Origin: Pseudomonadota bacterium
GTDB taxonomy: Bacteria; Pseudomonadota; Gammaproteobacteria; Burkholderiales; SG8-39
DNA length: 57,649 nt
NCBI GenBank assembly: GCA_038040245.1
Contig: JBBPIU010000004.1
Coordinates: 1-57,649 of the forward strand
Reading direction: 5' to 3'
Part shown: one piece after another, positions 19,894-29,017 of the stretch
How the letters are laid out: each line of letters begins with the position of its first letter
Numbering within the stretch: position 1 is the stretch's first letter
Translations under genes and position numbers: made by a program
Notes under the pieces: model-generated
Told to the model about the DNA's origin: nothing
Seen by the model: the letters and a program-made list of their open reading frames with translations, nothing else
Database searches by the model: none

Positions 19894-22010
19894 GCTTGCC
19901 CGCCGTCACTCATTTGATCCTCATATGCCTGGCGGACGATGCCCATCACGTAAGGCAGTTCCTCCATTGATCTCAGACTTATTTCCACGTCGCCGTTGCC
20001 CCAACGACCGGTCCCGGATACGTCTTTGCAAAGCCCTTTAGGATCCTTCAAGTCAGAATAATCCAGGTTTACGCTGAGTCGCAGTCGCTTGGCCTGCGGG
20101 ATCACATCTACAAAGTTGGTCTCGGCCTTGTATGCCACATACAGCTTCGTGAACTCCTCGGTTACGCAGGGATCCAGTGAGAGAACCTCCTTGCGGAAGG
20201 CCTCGAAGAGGTCTCTCACGACAGCTCCATACATCTCGCTGCCCTTTGCCAGGTACGGATGGTCGTCGATGGTGTAGCCGCCGGTCGCCGGGACCTTCGC
20301 GGGCTGGTAGCTGGCTAGCGTTGCGGCATCGAGTTTCGGCGCGGCCCACACGCTGAGAGCCTGTGCGGCCAGCCGGTCCGCGCGTTTGTGGATGGCATCT
20401 ACGTTCCACACGTCAAGCTGACCGAGACCTGCGTTAAGCGAGAGCGGACTTTGCTTGAATCCGCCTTTCATGTCGCGCTTCTCGGTGAAGGAGCGATCGC
20501 TGTACTCGGCGTTGTAGCCGGTGAGTGTGAGGTTGCCGAGCGTGTGCAACCACTGCTGCTGCACGCGTTGCCAATCGGCGCCGAGCGCCTCCTGCCACGC
20601 TGCCGGAAGGTCAGGGTTCTGCGGCATGATGTGCTCGATGGTGTACTCATCCACTGGCACGCGCTCCTTGCGACCGTGATTCTCCAGCCGGCGCAGCCAG
20701 TAGCTGCGGCTTCGGAAGTTATAGAGGTCGCGGGTGTGCAAGTCGAGACGGCATTCGTCATCGGTGGGAAAGCGGCGATACGAGGGCAGCGTGAGAAAGT
20801 GGGCCTGAATGCTCTCGAGGTATCGATCCTTCTTTAGTGTCTTACCGAACGTGGCAAAGGTCTTGTTCATCGAGTTGGTAGGGATCGCGCAGATGGCGCG
20901 CCGGAACACATAGGCCTCCACCAGCCGCACCGCGGCTGCGAAGTCGGCAGCGGTGAGCGTGCCGTTCGCGTAGTCGTGATACAGCTCAAGTAGGAACGGG
21001 TAGGCGACATCCACCTTCAACTCGCGCAGGTCGTGAAAGGCATACTTGAGTACGGGGTCCTGTTCGGTGCCCAGGGCCAAGGCGCAGAAGTAGCGGGCAA
21101 AGGCGCGGATCTCCTTCACCAGCGTCTCGATGCCCGCTTCCCTCACGGGCGTGGTACGGGAGTAGTCCTTAAACGCCTCGTAGACCTCGCGCTCGCGCGG
21201 GATGTCGCCCGTGCGCACGGTGAGGTAATGGCGCATAAAGCTGTCGAACTGGGTGCCGTAGGCCTCCTGCCCGAAGTCCTGCTCCATCGGCCGCCAGTAC
21301 TCTTCGTAGAGGCGAGTCTGGAGCGTGGGATCGAGGCCCATGAGGATGAAGTTGCGGATCAGGTCGGCCTGGCTCAGCTCCTTGCCGGTCGAGTTCATGC
21401 TCTCGAAGATGAGCTGGGGGTTGTCCTGGTCCCGACTGAGCGCGATGTCCACGACCACCAGCTTGGCGAGGCCACGGCAGACCGGGGCGAGATCGCCTTT
21501 CCGCTCCTTGAGCAACTCGGTGTACAAGTCGAAGTTCTGCGTGACTCGCAGTGACGGCTCCTTGGGCTGCTCGGTGTTCTTGATGACGGCCTTGAGCGAA
21601 GCGTTGTCGGTCTGCGAGAGCAGCAGCTTGAAGTATCGGTCGCCGCTTTCGAGCGGATTGCTAAGGTAGTAGTGACGCAGCTTGGCGGCGGAGAAGCCGT
21701 CCACAGGTTCGCCGTCGCCCAGCGCGCGGGCCAGCGATTCGAGCAGGAGCGCCACGGTAGTCAGGCGTTGCTGGCCGTCGATTACCAGCAAGGGCGCTTG
21801 GTGCGTGACTTGCGACAGCCCCTGCTCGACATAGACGATGGAGCCAATGAAGTGGACCGCGATGGTGTCGCTCGACCCAGCGCGCAGGATGTCGTCCCAG
21901 AGCTGGCGGCACTGCTTGTCGGTCCACGAGTAGGTGCGCTGGTAGATCGGGATGATGAACTGCGGCGACTTCTGCAGGAAGCTCAGCAGCTTGGCTTCGG
22001 TGGCTTTCAC
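19890..22010 (-). CDS. DUF262 + DUF1524(HNH) + C-terminal DUF5655-like protein, GmrSD-like nuclease
   Basis: IPIYQRTYSW, IDGQQRL, IFESMNSTG, TIEHIMPQ...LGNLTLTGYN; C-terminal KLYVAYK...GRWGNGDVE. Confidence 0.88.
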   Translation of the reverse strand: MKATEAKLLSFLQKSPQFIIPIYQRTYSWTDKQCRQLWDDILRAGSSDTIAVHFIGSIVYVEQGLSQVTHQAPLLVIDGQQRLTTVALLLESLARALGDGEPVDGFSAAKLRHYYLSNPLESGDRYFKLLLSQTDNASLKAVIKNTEQPKEPSLRVTQNFDLYTELLKERKGDLAPVCRGLAKLVVVDIALSRDQDNPQLIFESMNSTGKELSQADLIRNFILMGLDPTLQTRLYEEYWRPMEQDFGQEAYGTQFDSFMRHYLTVRTGDIPREREVYEAFKDYSRTTPVREAGIETLVKEIRAFARYFCALALGTEQDPVLKYAFHDLRELKVDVAYPFLLELYHDYANGTLTAADFAAAVRLVEAYVFRRAICAIPTNSMNKTFATFGKTLKKDRYLESIQAHFLTLPSYRRFPTDDECRLDLHTRDLYNFRSRSYWLRRLENHGRKERVPVDEYTIEHIMPQNPDLPAAWQEALGADWQRVQQQWLHTLGNLTLTGYNAEYSDRSFTEKRDMKGGFKQSPLSLNAGLGQLDVWNVDAIHKRADRLAAQALSVWAAPKLDAATLASYQPAKVPATGGYTIDDHPYLAKGSEMYGAVVRDLFEAFRKEVLSLDPCVTEEFTKLYVAYKAETNFVDVIPQAKRLRLSVNLDYSDLKDPKGLCKDVSGTGRWGNGDVEISLRSMEELPYVMGIVRQAYEDQMSDGGQA

Positions 22011-24310
22011 TTGGCACCTACCTTCAGCAAGCCATCGAGCAGGCCCTCGGCCTCTTTCTCAATGGCGAGGATGTCGGCGCTGATCTCCTCCAGCCTGCGA
22101 AGCGGCTGCGGCTTGTAGAAGTGCCGCGTGAAGCTGACCTCGTAGCCGATCTTGGTGGCGTCCTCTTTGATCCATGCGTCGCGCGTGTAAGGCAGCACCT
22201 CGCGGCGGATGAAGGCTTCGATACCGCCGTCTTCCAACAGCGGCACCTGCTCGGTGTCGCGCAGGTCGGAGTCGGGTTCGTACTCCACGGTGGCTGGCTT
22301 GCCGTCTACTGTTGCCTCAAACAGCCCGCACAGCGGATCGGCCTTGGTCTTGTTGGCCTTGTGTACTTTGGCGATCACCGGGACGGCAGTCTCAACGCGC
22401 CAGCTCACGGCCTTGAGGATCTGCTTCAGGTCGGCGGCGGAGAGCTTGAGGGCTGCCTTCTTGAGCGCGGTTTCCACGTGATCGCGAAAGAGGTTGTGGT
22501 CCTCAAAGAGTGCGTCGCCCAGCGCCTTGCGCAGCGCTGTGGCTACTTCGACAAGCCGCGCGTCGCGCTCCCAGGTCTTGGGATCGAGCAGCTTCTTTTT
22601 CTTCTTCTCGGGCAGACCCTTCTTGGCGCTGCCACCCTCTTCGTCGTCGCCCTCGTCCTCATCGCCGCCCCAATCAGCGAGGCGCTTCTCCAGCGCAGAT
22701 GAAATCGCGGTGAACTTGGTGAACAGCTCGTCGCCGAACTCTTCGTAGAGCGCGGTGCGCAGGTCTTCGTCGCCCGACGCGAAGCGCAGCGTCTCGATGG
22801 CCTTGAGCGAGAGCTGGCTGTGCAGGCGAAGTGGCCGCTCAACCGTGACCTTCCAGTAGCCGAAGGCGGCGTTGGGGAAAATCTTCGACTCGGGGGTTTC
22901 CTTGAAGTCGAGGAAGGTGCGGCTGATGCGTTCGATGTCTTCGGGCGAGAGCTCGCAGTTCTTCTTGCCGAGGTTCTTGCGGAGCGGCTTGAACCACTGG
23001 CTCGCGTCGATGAGCTGCACCATGCCCTTGCGGTGCGCGGGCTTCCTGTTCGACAGCACCCAGATGTAGGTGGCGATGCCGGTGTTGTAGAAGAGGTTGA
23101 GCGGTAGCGCAACGATGGCTTCGAGCCAGTCGTTCTCGATGAGCCAGCGGCGAATATTGCTCTCGCCCTGGCCCGCGTCGCCCGTGAAAAGCGAGCTACC
23201 GTTGTGGACCTCGGCGATACGGCTGCCGAGCGCCGAGCTGTCGTTCATTTTCGACGCCATGTTGGCGAGGAAGAGCATCTGGCCATCGCTGGAGCGGGTG
23301 ACGAGCGACAATTCCTCGCCCGCGTGCATCACCTTGAAGCGCGGGTCGCGCATGCCATCCTTACCTCCCATCGCCTCGAGGTCCTTCTTCCAGCTCTTGC
23401 CATAGGGCGGGTTCGACATCATGAAGTCGAACTGCATGGCAGGGAAGGCATCGTGCGAGAGGGTGGACCATTCGGCGCCACCGACGATGTGGTCGGCGTT
23501 TTCGCCCTCGCCTTTGAGGAGCATATCCGCCTTACAGACGGCGTAGGTCTCGGGGTTGATCTCCTGACCGTAGAGGTGGCAATTGATCTGAAGGCCGCGT
23601 TGTATCGCGATCTCCGTGAGTGTCTCCTCCCCCACGGTGAGCATGCCTCCGGTGCCGCCGGTGCCGTCGTAGAGCAGATAGGAACCGGACTTGAGCTGGT
23701 TCTCGATCGGCAGGAATACAAGGTTCGCCATCAGGCGCACGGCGTCGCGCGGCGTCCAGTGCTCGCCCGCCTCCTCGTTGTTCTCCTCGTTGAACCTGCG
23801 GACCAGCTCCTCAAAGACTGTCCCCATCGCGTGGTTGTCGACGCCGGCCGGAGACAGGTCGATCTCGGGGTCGAGGAACTTGTTGATGAGCGTGCCAATC
23901 GCGTCGGCCTTCGAGAGTGTGGTGAGCTGGTTGCGGAACTTGAAGTTGTCGAGGATGTCTTGGACGTTGGGCGAGAAGCCGTTCAGGTAGTCCTCGAAGT
24001 CGGCCAGGAGCTGTTGCTGGCTGCCGCGGGACTTCAGGTCGCGCAGGGTGAACTTCGAGGTGTTGTAGAAGGCCTGGCCCGCGGCTTCGGCGAGCGCGGC
24101 ACGCTGCTCGGTGATACCGCTCTTGTCGAGCATCTTCTTGGTGTCGAGCACGGCCTGCTTGGTGGGCTCTAGCACCGCATCCATGCGGCGGATGACGCAC
24201 ATGGGCAGGATGACGTCGGGGTACTTGCCGCGCTTGAAGAGGTCGCGGAGGACGTCGTCCGCGATGCCCCAGATGAAGGAGACGATCTTGTTATGGATTG
24301 CTTGATCCAC
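22007..24310 (-). CDS. hsdM: Type I R-M methyltransferase subunit
   Basis: FIWGIADDVLR, AGEHWTPRD, YDGTGGTGGML (SAM-binding), YGQEIN, SNPPYG, FYNTGIATYIW. Confidence 0.95.
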   Translation of the reverse strand: MDQAIHNKIVSFIWGIADDVLRDLFKRGKYPDVILPMCVIRRMDAVLEPTKQAVLDTKKMLDKSGITEQRAALAEAAGQAFYNTSKFTLRDLKSRGSQQQLLADFEDYLNGFSPNVQDILDNFKFRNQLTTLSKADAIGTLINKFLDPEIDLSPAGVDNHAMGTVFEELVRRFNEENNEEAGEHWTPRDAVRLMANLVFLPIENQLKSGSYLLYDGTGGTGGMLTVGEETLTEIAIQRGLQINCHLYGQEINPETYAVCKADMLLKGEGENADHIVGGAEWSTLSHDAFPAMQFDFMMSNPPYGKSWKKDLEAMGGKDGMRDPRFKVMHAGEELSLVTRSSDGQMLFLANMASKMNDSSALGSRIAEVHNGSSLFTGDAGQGESNIRRWLIENDWLEAIVALPLNLFYNTGIATYIWVLSNRKPAHRKGMVQLIDASQWFKPLRKNLGKKNCELSPEDIERISRTFLDFKETPESKIFPNAAFGYWKVTVERPLRLHSQLSLKAIETLRFASGDEDLRTALYEEFGDELFTKFTAISSALEKRLADWGGDEDEGDDEEGGSAKKGLPEKKKKKLLDPKTWERDARLVEVATALRKALGDALFEDHNLFRDHVETALKKAALKLSAADLKQILKAVSWRVETAVPVIAKVHKANKTKADPLCGLFEATVDGKPATVEYEPDSDLRDTEQVPLLEDGGIEAFIRREVLPYTRDAWIKEDATKIGYEVSFTRHFYKPQPLRRLEEISADILAIEKEAEGLLDGLLKVGAK

Positions 24311-24447
24311 TATCGGTCGCGCTCCAATTCAGTCGTCGTTTCAAGGCAGATGATTGTCGCCGGAAAGTTCGAGCGGCAGCTATCAGTTATAGCTCCCTTC
24401 TTGTAACACAGGGCTTCGCATGCAACGCTACTCGGGCAATGAGCGAA

Positions 24448-24526
24448 AGGCTAGACGCGCTTGCGCCCGACCGCTTTGTTGCGCAACTGCTTTTTTGACT
24501 TGTTCGGCTTGCCGCCGGACTTGACC
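24448..24526 (-). repeat. der 3' end, right copy of the direct repeat
   Basis: Contains the 18-bp core at 24509-24526, identical to 12699-12716. Confidence 0.92.
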
Positions 24527-25908
24527 CGCGGCGCGGACTTGCTGTGCCCGAGGGCCCGCTTGCGCACCGGGGCTTTTCGGTTCTCGTCGTAGGGGTTCCT
24601 GCCGGTGCGCAGTTCGATGCGCAGCGGCGTTCCCTGCAGCTTGAACGCATCGCGGAACCAGCCCTCCAGAAATCGCTTGTAGGCGTCGGGGACATGTTGC
24701 AGCGAGTTGCCGTGAATGATGACGCGCGGCGGGTTGGAGCCGCCCTGGTGCGCGTAACGCATTTTGGGGCGCGCATAGCCCCTGCGGTGGGGCGGCATCT
24801 GGCGCTCGACCGCGGCGATCAGCGCGCGCGTCAGCTTCGGCGTCGAGAGCTTCGCCATCGCCGCCGCATAGGCTGCATCCGCCGAGCGCAGGACTTCGTT
24901 CACACCCTTGCCCGATTTCGCGGAGATGAACAGCGTATCGGCGAAGCCCAGAAATCCCAGACTCCAGCGCAGTTCGTCCTTGACGCGATCGCGCATCGAT
25001 TTGTCCGCCGCCTCCCACTTGTTCACGGCAACGGTCACCGCGCGGCCGCGCTCCAGTATGTAGCTCGCGACGTGCGCGTCTTGCTCCGTGATGCCTTCCA
25101 CCGCATCGAGCACCAGCACCGCGACGTTCGATGCCTCTATCGCCTGCAGCGTCTTGACGATCGAGAAGCGCTCCACCGCGGCGCCCGCAGACCGGCCGCG
25201 CTTGCGCAGTCCGGCAGTATCCACCAGTGTGTAGCGGCGGGCGTTGCGCTCGAACGGCACCTCGATGGCGTCGCGCGTGGTGCCGGGCTCGCCGTAGACG
25301 AGCACGCGCTCCTCGCCGACCAGCGCGTTGACCAGGGTGGACTTGCCGACGTTGGGCCGGCCGACGATGGCGATACGGGGGTGCTTGTTTTCGCTTTCAT
25401 CGGCAAGAACATCCTCGGGAAAAGGCTTCAAGACCTCTTCCATCAGCTCGGTCACGCCGCCGCCGTGCGCGGCGGAGATCGCGGCCGGGTTGCCCAGGCC
25501 GAGTTCGTGAAATTCGGCCGCGGCGGTCGCCGGATCGATGCCTTCCGATTTGTTGGCGGCGATCCAGACGCGCTCCTTCAGACGCCGCAGTTTCTCCGCG
25601 ATCACGCGGTCGCCGGGCGTCAGCCCGGCGCGCGCATCGGTGACCAGGATCACCGCATCGGCCTCGACGATCGCCTGCTCGGTCTGGCGCGCCATCTCGA
25701 CGTAGATGCCGTCGTCCGAATCGGGCTGCAGCCCGCCGGTATCGATGACGATGCAGGAACGGCCGCCGAGCAGGCCTTCGCCGTAATGGCGGTCGCGGGT
25801 GACGCCGGGAATATCCACCACGATCGCGTCGCGCCGCCGGGTCAGGCGGTTGAACAGCGTGCTCTTGCCGACGTTCGGCCGCCCGACCAGGGCGATAACG
25901 GGCTTCAC
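24451..25908 (-). CDS. der: Ribosome biogenesis GTPase Der (EngA) with basic C-terminal tail
   Basis: Two GRPNVGKS P-loops, DTGG/DTAG, KH-like C-terminal domain; downstream of bamB. Confidence 0.97.
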   Translation of the reverse strand: MKPVIALVGRPNVGKSTLFNRLTRRRDAIVVDIPGVTRDRHYGEGLLGGRSCIVIDTGGLQPDSDDGIYVEMARQTEQAIVEADAVILVTDARAGLTPGDRVIAEKLRRLKERVWIAANKSEGIDPATAAAEFHELGLGNPAAISAAHGGGVTELMEEVLKPFPEDVLADESENKHPRIAIVGRPNVGKSTLVNALVGEERVLVYGEPGTTRDAIEVPFERNARRYTLVDTAGLRKRGRSAGAAVERFSIVKTLQAIEASNVAVLVLDAVEGITEQDAHVASYILERGRAVTVAVNKWEAADKSMRDRVKDELRWSLGFLGFADTLFISAKSGKGVNEVLRSADAAYAAAMAKLSTPKLTRALIAAVERQMPPHRRGYARPKMRYAHQGGSNPPRVIIHGNSLQHVPDAYKRFLEGWFRDAFKLQGTPLRIELRTGRNPYDENRKAPVRKRALGHSKSAPRVKSGGKPNKSKKQLRNKAVGRKRV

Positions 25909-25917
25909 GTCAAGGTT

Positions 25918-27084
25918 TCAGTTCAGCGTCAGCGCGTACAGTCCGCCGCTCTGGGTCTGCACCAGCAAGCCCTCGGGCAGCTTGATGGGCGCGGCGCGCA
26001 CCGGGCTGCCGTCGGTGGCAAAGCGCGCGAGGAAGGCGCCCGATTCGCGCGCCACGAAATGGATATAGCCCTGCAGGTCGCCGATGGCCACCTCGGTGCC
26101 CAGCGGCAGCGGCAGCGAGAGTTGCCGGTAGGCCAGCCGATCCTGCTTCCAGATGCTGCGGCCGTTGCTGCGGTCCAGCGCGTGCACCGCGCCCTTGTCG
26201 TCGCTCACGAACGCATAGCGCGCATCGAAGGACACGCCGGTCAGCGTGGACATCTCGCGCGACCAGAGCTGGTTGCCGTTCTGCACGTCATAGCAGGCGA
26301 CGCGCCCCTGGTAGGCCGCGGTGCAGACTTCCCTGCCCTGCGCCGAGGGGTCGCCCACGATGTCGGTGACGCGTTCCAGTTCGGTCGCGCCTTTGGGCAG
26401 CGCCACGGTCGCTTCCCAGCGCGCCGAGCCGTTGGCGAACGAGATCGCGACCAGCTTGCCGCCCGAGAAGCCGGCATAGGCCGAGCCCTGATGCATGGTC
26501 AGACCGACGGGCGAGCGCACGATGAGCGCGGCCGCGGGGCGCTGGTAGACCCAGCGGCGCTTGCCGTCCTCGATGCCGAAGGCAAATATCTTGCTGTCGG
26601 CGCTGCGCACCAGCACCAGCCCGTCGCTCACCTTGGGCTGCGCCAGCACTTCGCTCGATACCCGCGAGCGCCATTTCACCACGCCGCTGTGCGCATCCAG
26701 CGCGAACACCTCGCCGTCGTCGGCGGCGACCACCACCAGCGTGCCGTCGCCGCCGACGCCGCTGGAGATGCGTTTGCCGAGCGAGACGCGCCACTTGGCC
26801 TGGCCGGACGCAACGTCCAGCCGCGTCACCGTCCCGGCGCGCGACGCCGCATAAACGCCGTCGCCGATCATGACCGGGCTGAAAAAGAACCCCTCCGCGG
26901 CGCCGATACTCGAGGACCAGAGCACCTTCACTGCCTGCGCATTGGTCAACACCGGCAATTCGGCGGGCTTCGGGCCGGTCGACTTGCTGCCGAACCAGTC
27001 CAGCGGATTGATGCTCGGCAAGCTGGAGCAGGCGGACAGGCCTGCGGCCGCCAGCAGCGGTACAAGCACACGGCGCACCGTCAC
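25918..27084 (-). CDS. bamB: Outer membrane assembly lipoprotein BamB
   Basis: Lipobox LSAC, PQQ-like propeller repeats, GATELERVTD; GTGA overlap with yfgM. Confidence 0.93.
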   Translation of the reverse strand: MTVRRVLVPLLAAAGLSACSSLPSINPLDWFGSKSTGPKPAELPVLTNAQAVKVLWSSSIGAAEGFFFSPVMIGDGVYAASRAGTVTRLDVASGQAKWRVSLGKRISSGVGGDGTLVVVAADDGEVFALDAHSGVVKWRSRVSSEVLAQPKVSDGLVLVRSADSKIFAFGIEDGKRRWVYQRPAAALIVRSPVGLTMHQGSAYAGFSGGKLVAISFANGSARWEATVALPKGATELERVTDIVGDPSAQGREVCTAAYQGRVACYDVQNGNQLWSREMSTLTGVSFDARYAFVSDDKGAVHALDRSNGRSIWKQDRLAYRQLSLPLPLGTEVAIGDLQGYIHFVARESGAFLARFATDGSPVRAAPIKLPEGLLVQTQSGGLYALTLN

Positions 27085-27713
27085 CCTCCGAGCGCGTCCA
27101 GCCGCAGCTGCACGCTGTTGCGGAACGCGGCGCTTCTTTGGTCGGTCTTTTCGAGCGCCAGGCGGTAGGCGGCCTTGGCGTCGGCGGGCTTGTTCTTCGC
27201 CACCAGGATGTCGCCCTTGAGGGCGGCGTACTGCGCTTCGAGCGGCGCTGCGCGCTTCGCTTCGAGCAGCGCGAGCGCTTCGTCGTGGGCTTTTTCGTCG
27301 AGCAGCACCGCGGCCAGCCGCAGCCGCGCGAGATCGCGCAACTCGTCCGACGGCGAGCGATCGACCACCCACTGCAGTTGCGCCTTGGCGTTTTTCAGGT
27401 CCGCGCGCTCGACATGGAAGCGCGCCGCCACCAGCGCGCCCATCGAGGCGTAGAGTGTGCGGGGAAAGCTCTCGACCAGCGTGCCGCCCGCATCGCGCAG
27501 CGCTTTGGCATCGCCACCCTGCGCCGCCTTGAGCAGCGCATCGTACTGCGCGCCCGCCTCCTGCGCCTGGTTCGCCTGCCAGACGCGCCAGCCCTGCCAG
27601 CCCGAGACCACGATCGCCACCGCGGCGATCGCCGCCAGCACGCGCGTGCCGTTGTCGTGCCACCAGCCCTTGACCGATGCGAGCTGTTCCTGTTCTTCGA
27701 GATCGTATGCCAT
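27081..27713 (-). CDS. yfgM: YfgM-family TPR membrane chaperone
   Basis: MAYDLEEQEQL...WW, one TM segment, ARLRLAAV, LKGDIL; hisS-bamB synteny. Confidence 0.92.
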   Translation of the reverse strand: MAYDLEEQEQLASVKGWWHDNGTRVLAAIAAVAIVVSGWQGWRVWQANQAQEAGAQYDALLKAAQGGDAKALRDAGGTLVESFPRTLYASMGALVAARFHVERADLKNAKAQLQWVVDRSPSDELRDLARLRLAAVLLDEKAHDEALALLEAKRAAPLEAQYAALKGDILVAKNKPADAKAAYRLALEKTDQRSAAFRNSVQLRLDALGG

Positions 27714-27715
27714 GC

Positions 27716-29017
27716 CTATGCCTTGACCCTTTGCAAAGTTGCCGCGAATTCCTCGACTACACGTCCGCGGCCGATACGGCGCTGGTCCCCGCTGCTGCGC
27801 AGGGCCTTCACCGATATCTCGCCCGCGCGCACCTCATCCTCGCCGACGATCAGCGCCAAGCACGCGCCGCTGGCGTCGGCCCTCTTCATTTGCGACTTGA
27901 AACTGCCGCCTCCCGCGTGCATCACCACCGCATGCCCCGCCGAGCGCAGCGCATCGGCGACCGTGAACGCGACCTCGAGCGTGCCCTCGCCCTGGTGCAC
28001 CACGTAGGCATCCGGCTGGCGCGCCGCCGGCGCGTTGCCGGAATCCTTCATCAGAGCCACCAGCCGCTCGCAGCCCATCGCGAAGCCCACGCCCGGCGCG
28101 GGCTTGCCGCCGAGCTGCGCGAACAGGCCGTCGTAGCGCCCGCCGCCGCAGACTGTGCCCTGCGCGCCCAGCGCGTCGGTGATCCATTCGAACACGGTCA
28201 GGTTGTAGTAATCCAGACCGCGCACCAGCCGCGGATTGAGCGCGAATTCGACCCCTGCCGCCGAAAGAAGTTTCTTCAGGCCCTCGAAATGCGCGAGCGA
28301 GGCCTCGCCCAGGTAGCCCATCAGCGGCGGCGCCTTCGCCGCCACCTCCTGCACCATCGGGTTCTTCGAATCGAGCACGCGCAGCGGGTTGGACTGCAGG
28401 CGCCGCTTCGCCTCAGCGTCGAGTTTTCCTTCATGCGCCTGCAGGTGCTTCACCAAATCGGCGCGGTGGCGGACGCGCTCCTCCGCCGAGCCGATGCAAT
28501 TCAACTCGAGCCGGATGCCGCCAGGCCGCGCATCTAGTCCCAACTCCGGCCAGAGCCGCGCGCACATCACGATCAATTCGGCGTCCACGTCGGGCCCCGG
28601 ACAACCGAAAACTTCGGCGCCGTACTGGTAGAACTCGCGGTAGCGTCCCTTCTGCGGCCGCTCGTGGCGGTACATCGGCCCGCCGTACCAGAGCCGCTTC
28701 GGTCCGTCGTAGATCAGGCTGTGCTCGATCGCGGCGCGCACGCACGAGGCGGTGCCCTCCGGGCGCAGCGTCAGCGCCTCGGCATTCAGCTCGTCGCGCC
28801 AGGAATACATTTCCTTCTCGACGATATCGGTCGCCTCGCCGATGGCGCGGCGGAACAGCGCCGTGTCCTCGACCAGCGGCATGCGGATCGCCCGGTAGCC
28901 CCAGCGTTCCAGCCAGGCCTCGACGAGGGCGCCGAATGACCGCCACAACGACATCTCGTCGGGCAGCACGTCGTTCATGCCGCGCACCGCCTGCAGCGTT
29001 GCGCTCACCGGTTTCAC
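27716..29017 (-). CDS. hisS: Histidine--tRNA ligase
   Basis: [38 protein letters not shown]. Confidence 0.97.
   Translation of the reverse strand: MKPVSATLQAVRGMNDVLPDEMSLWRSFGALVEAWLERWGYRAIRMPLVEDTALFRRAIGEATDIVEKEMYSWRDELNAEALTLRPEGTASCVRAAIEHSLIYDGPKRLWYGGPMYRHERPQKGRYREFYQYGAEVFGCPGPDVDAELIVMCARLWPELGLDARPGGIRLELNCIGSAEERVRHRADLVKHLQAHEGKLDAEAKRRLQSNPLRVLDSKNPMVQEVAAKAPPLMGYLGEASLAHFEGLKKLLSAAGVEFALNPRLVRGLDYYNLTVFEWITDALGAQGTVCGGGRYDGLFAQLGGKPAPGVGFAMGCERLVALMKDSGNAPAARQPDAYVVHQGEGTLEVAFTVADALRSAGHAVVMHAGGGSFKSQMKRADASGACLALIVGEDEVRAGEISVKALRSSGDQRRIGRGRVVEEFAATLQRVKA

Larger units (their letters stand above)
12699..24526. mobile_element. Putative ~11.8-kb defence island inserted at the der 3' end (no integrase)
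   Basis: Flanking direct repeats 11,810 bp apart; contents are exclusively restriction-type genes, parts with atypical codon usage. Confidence 0.6.
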
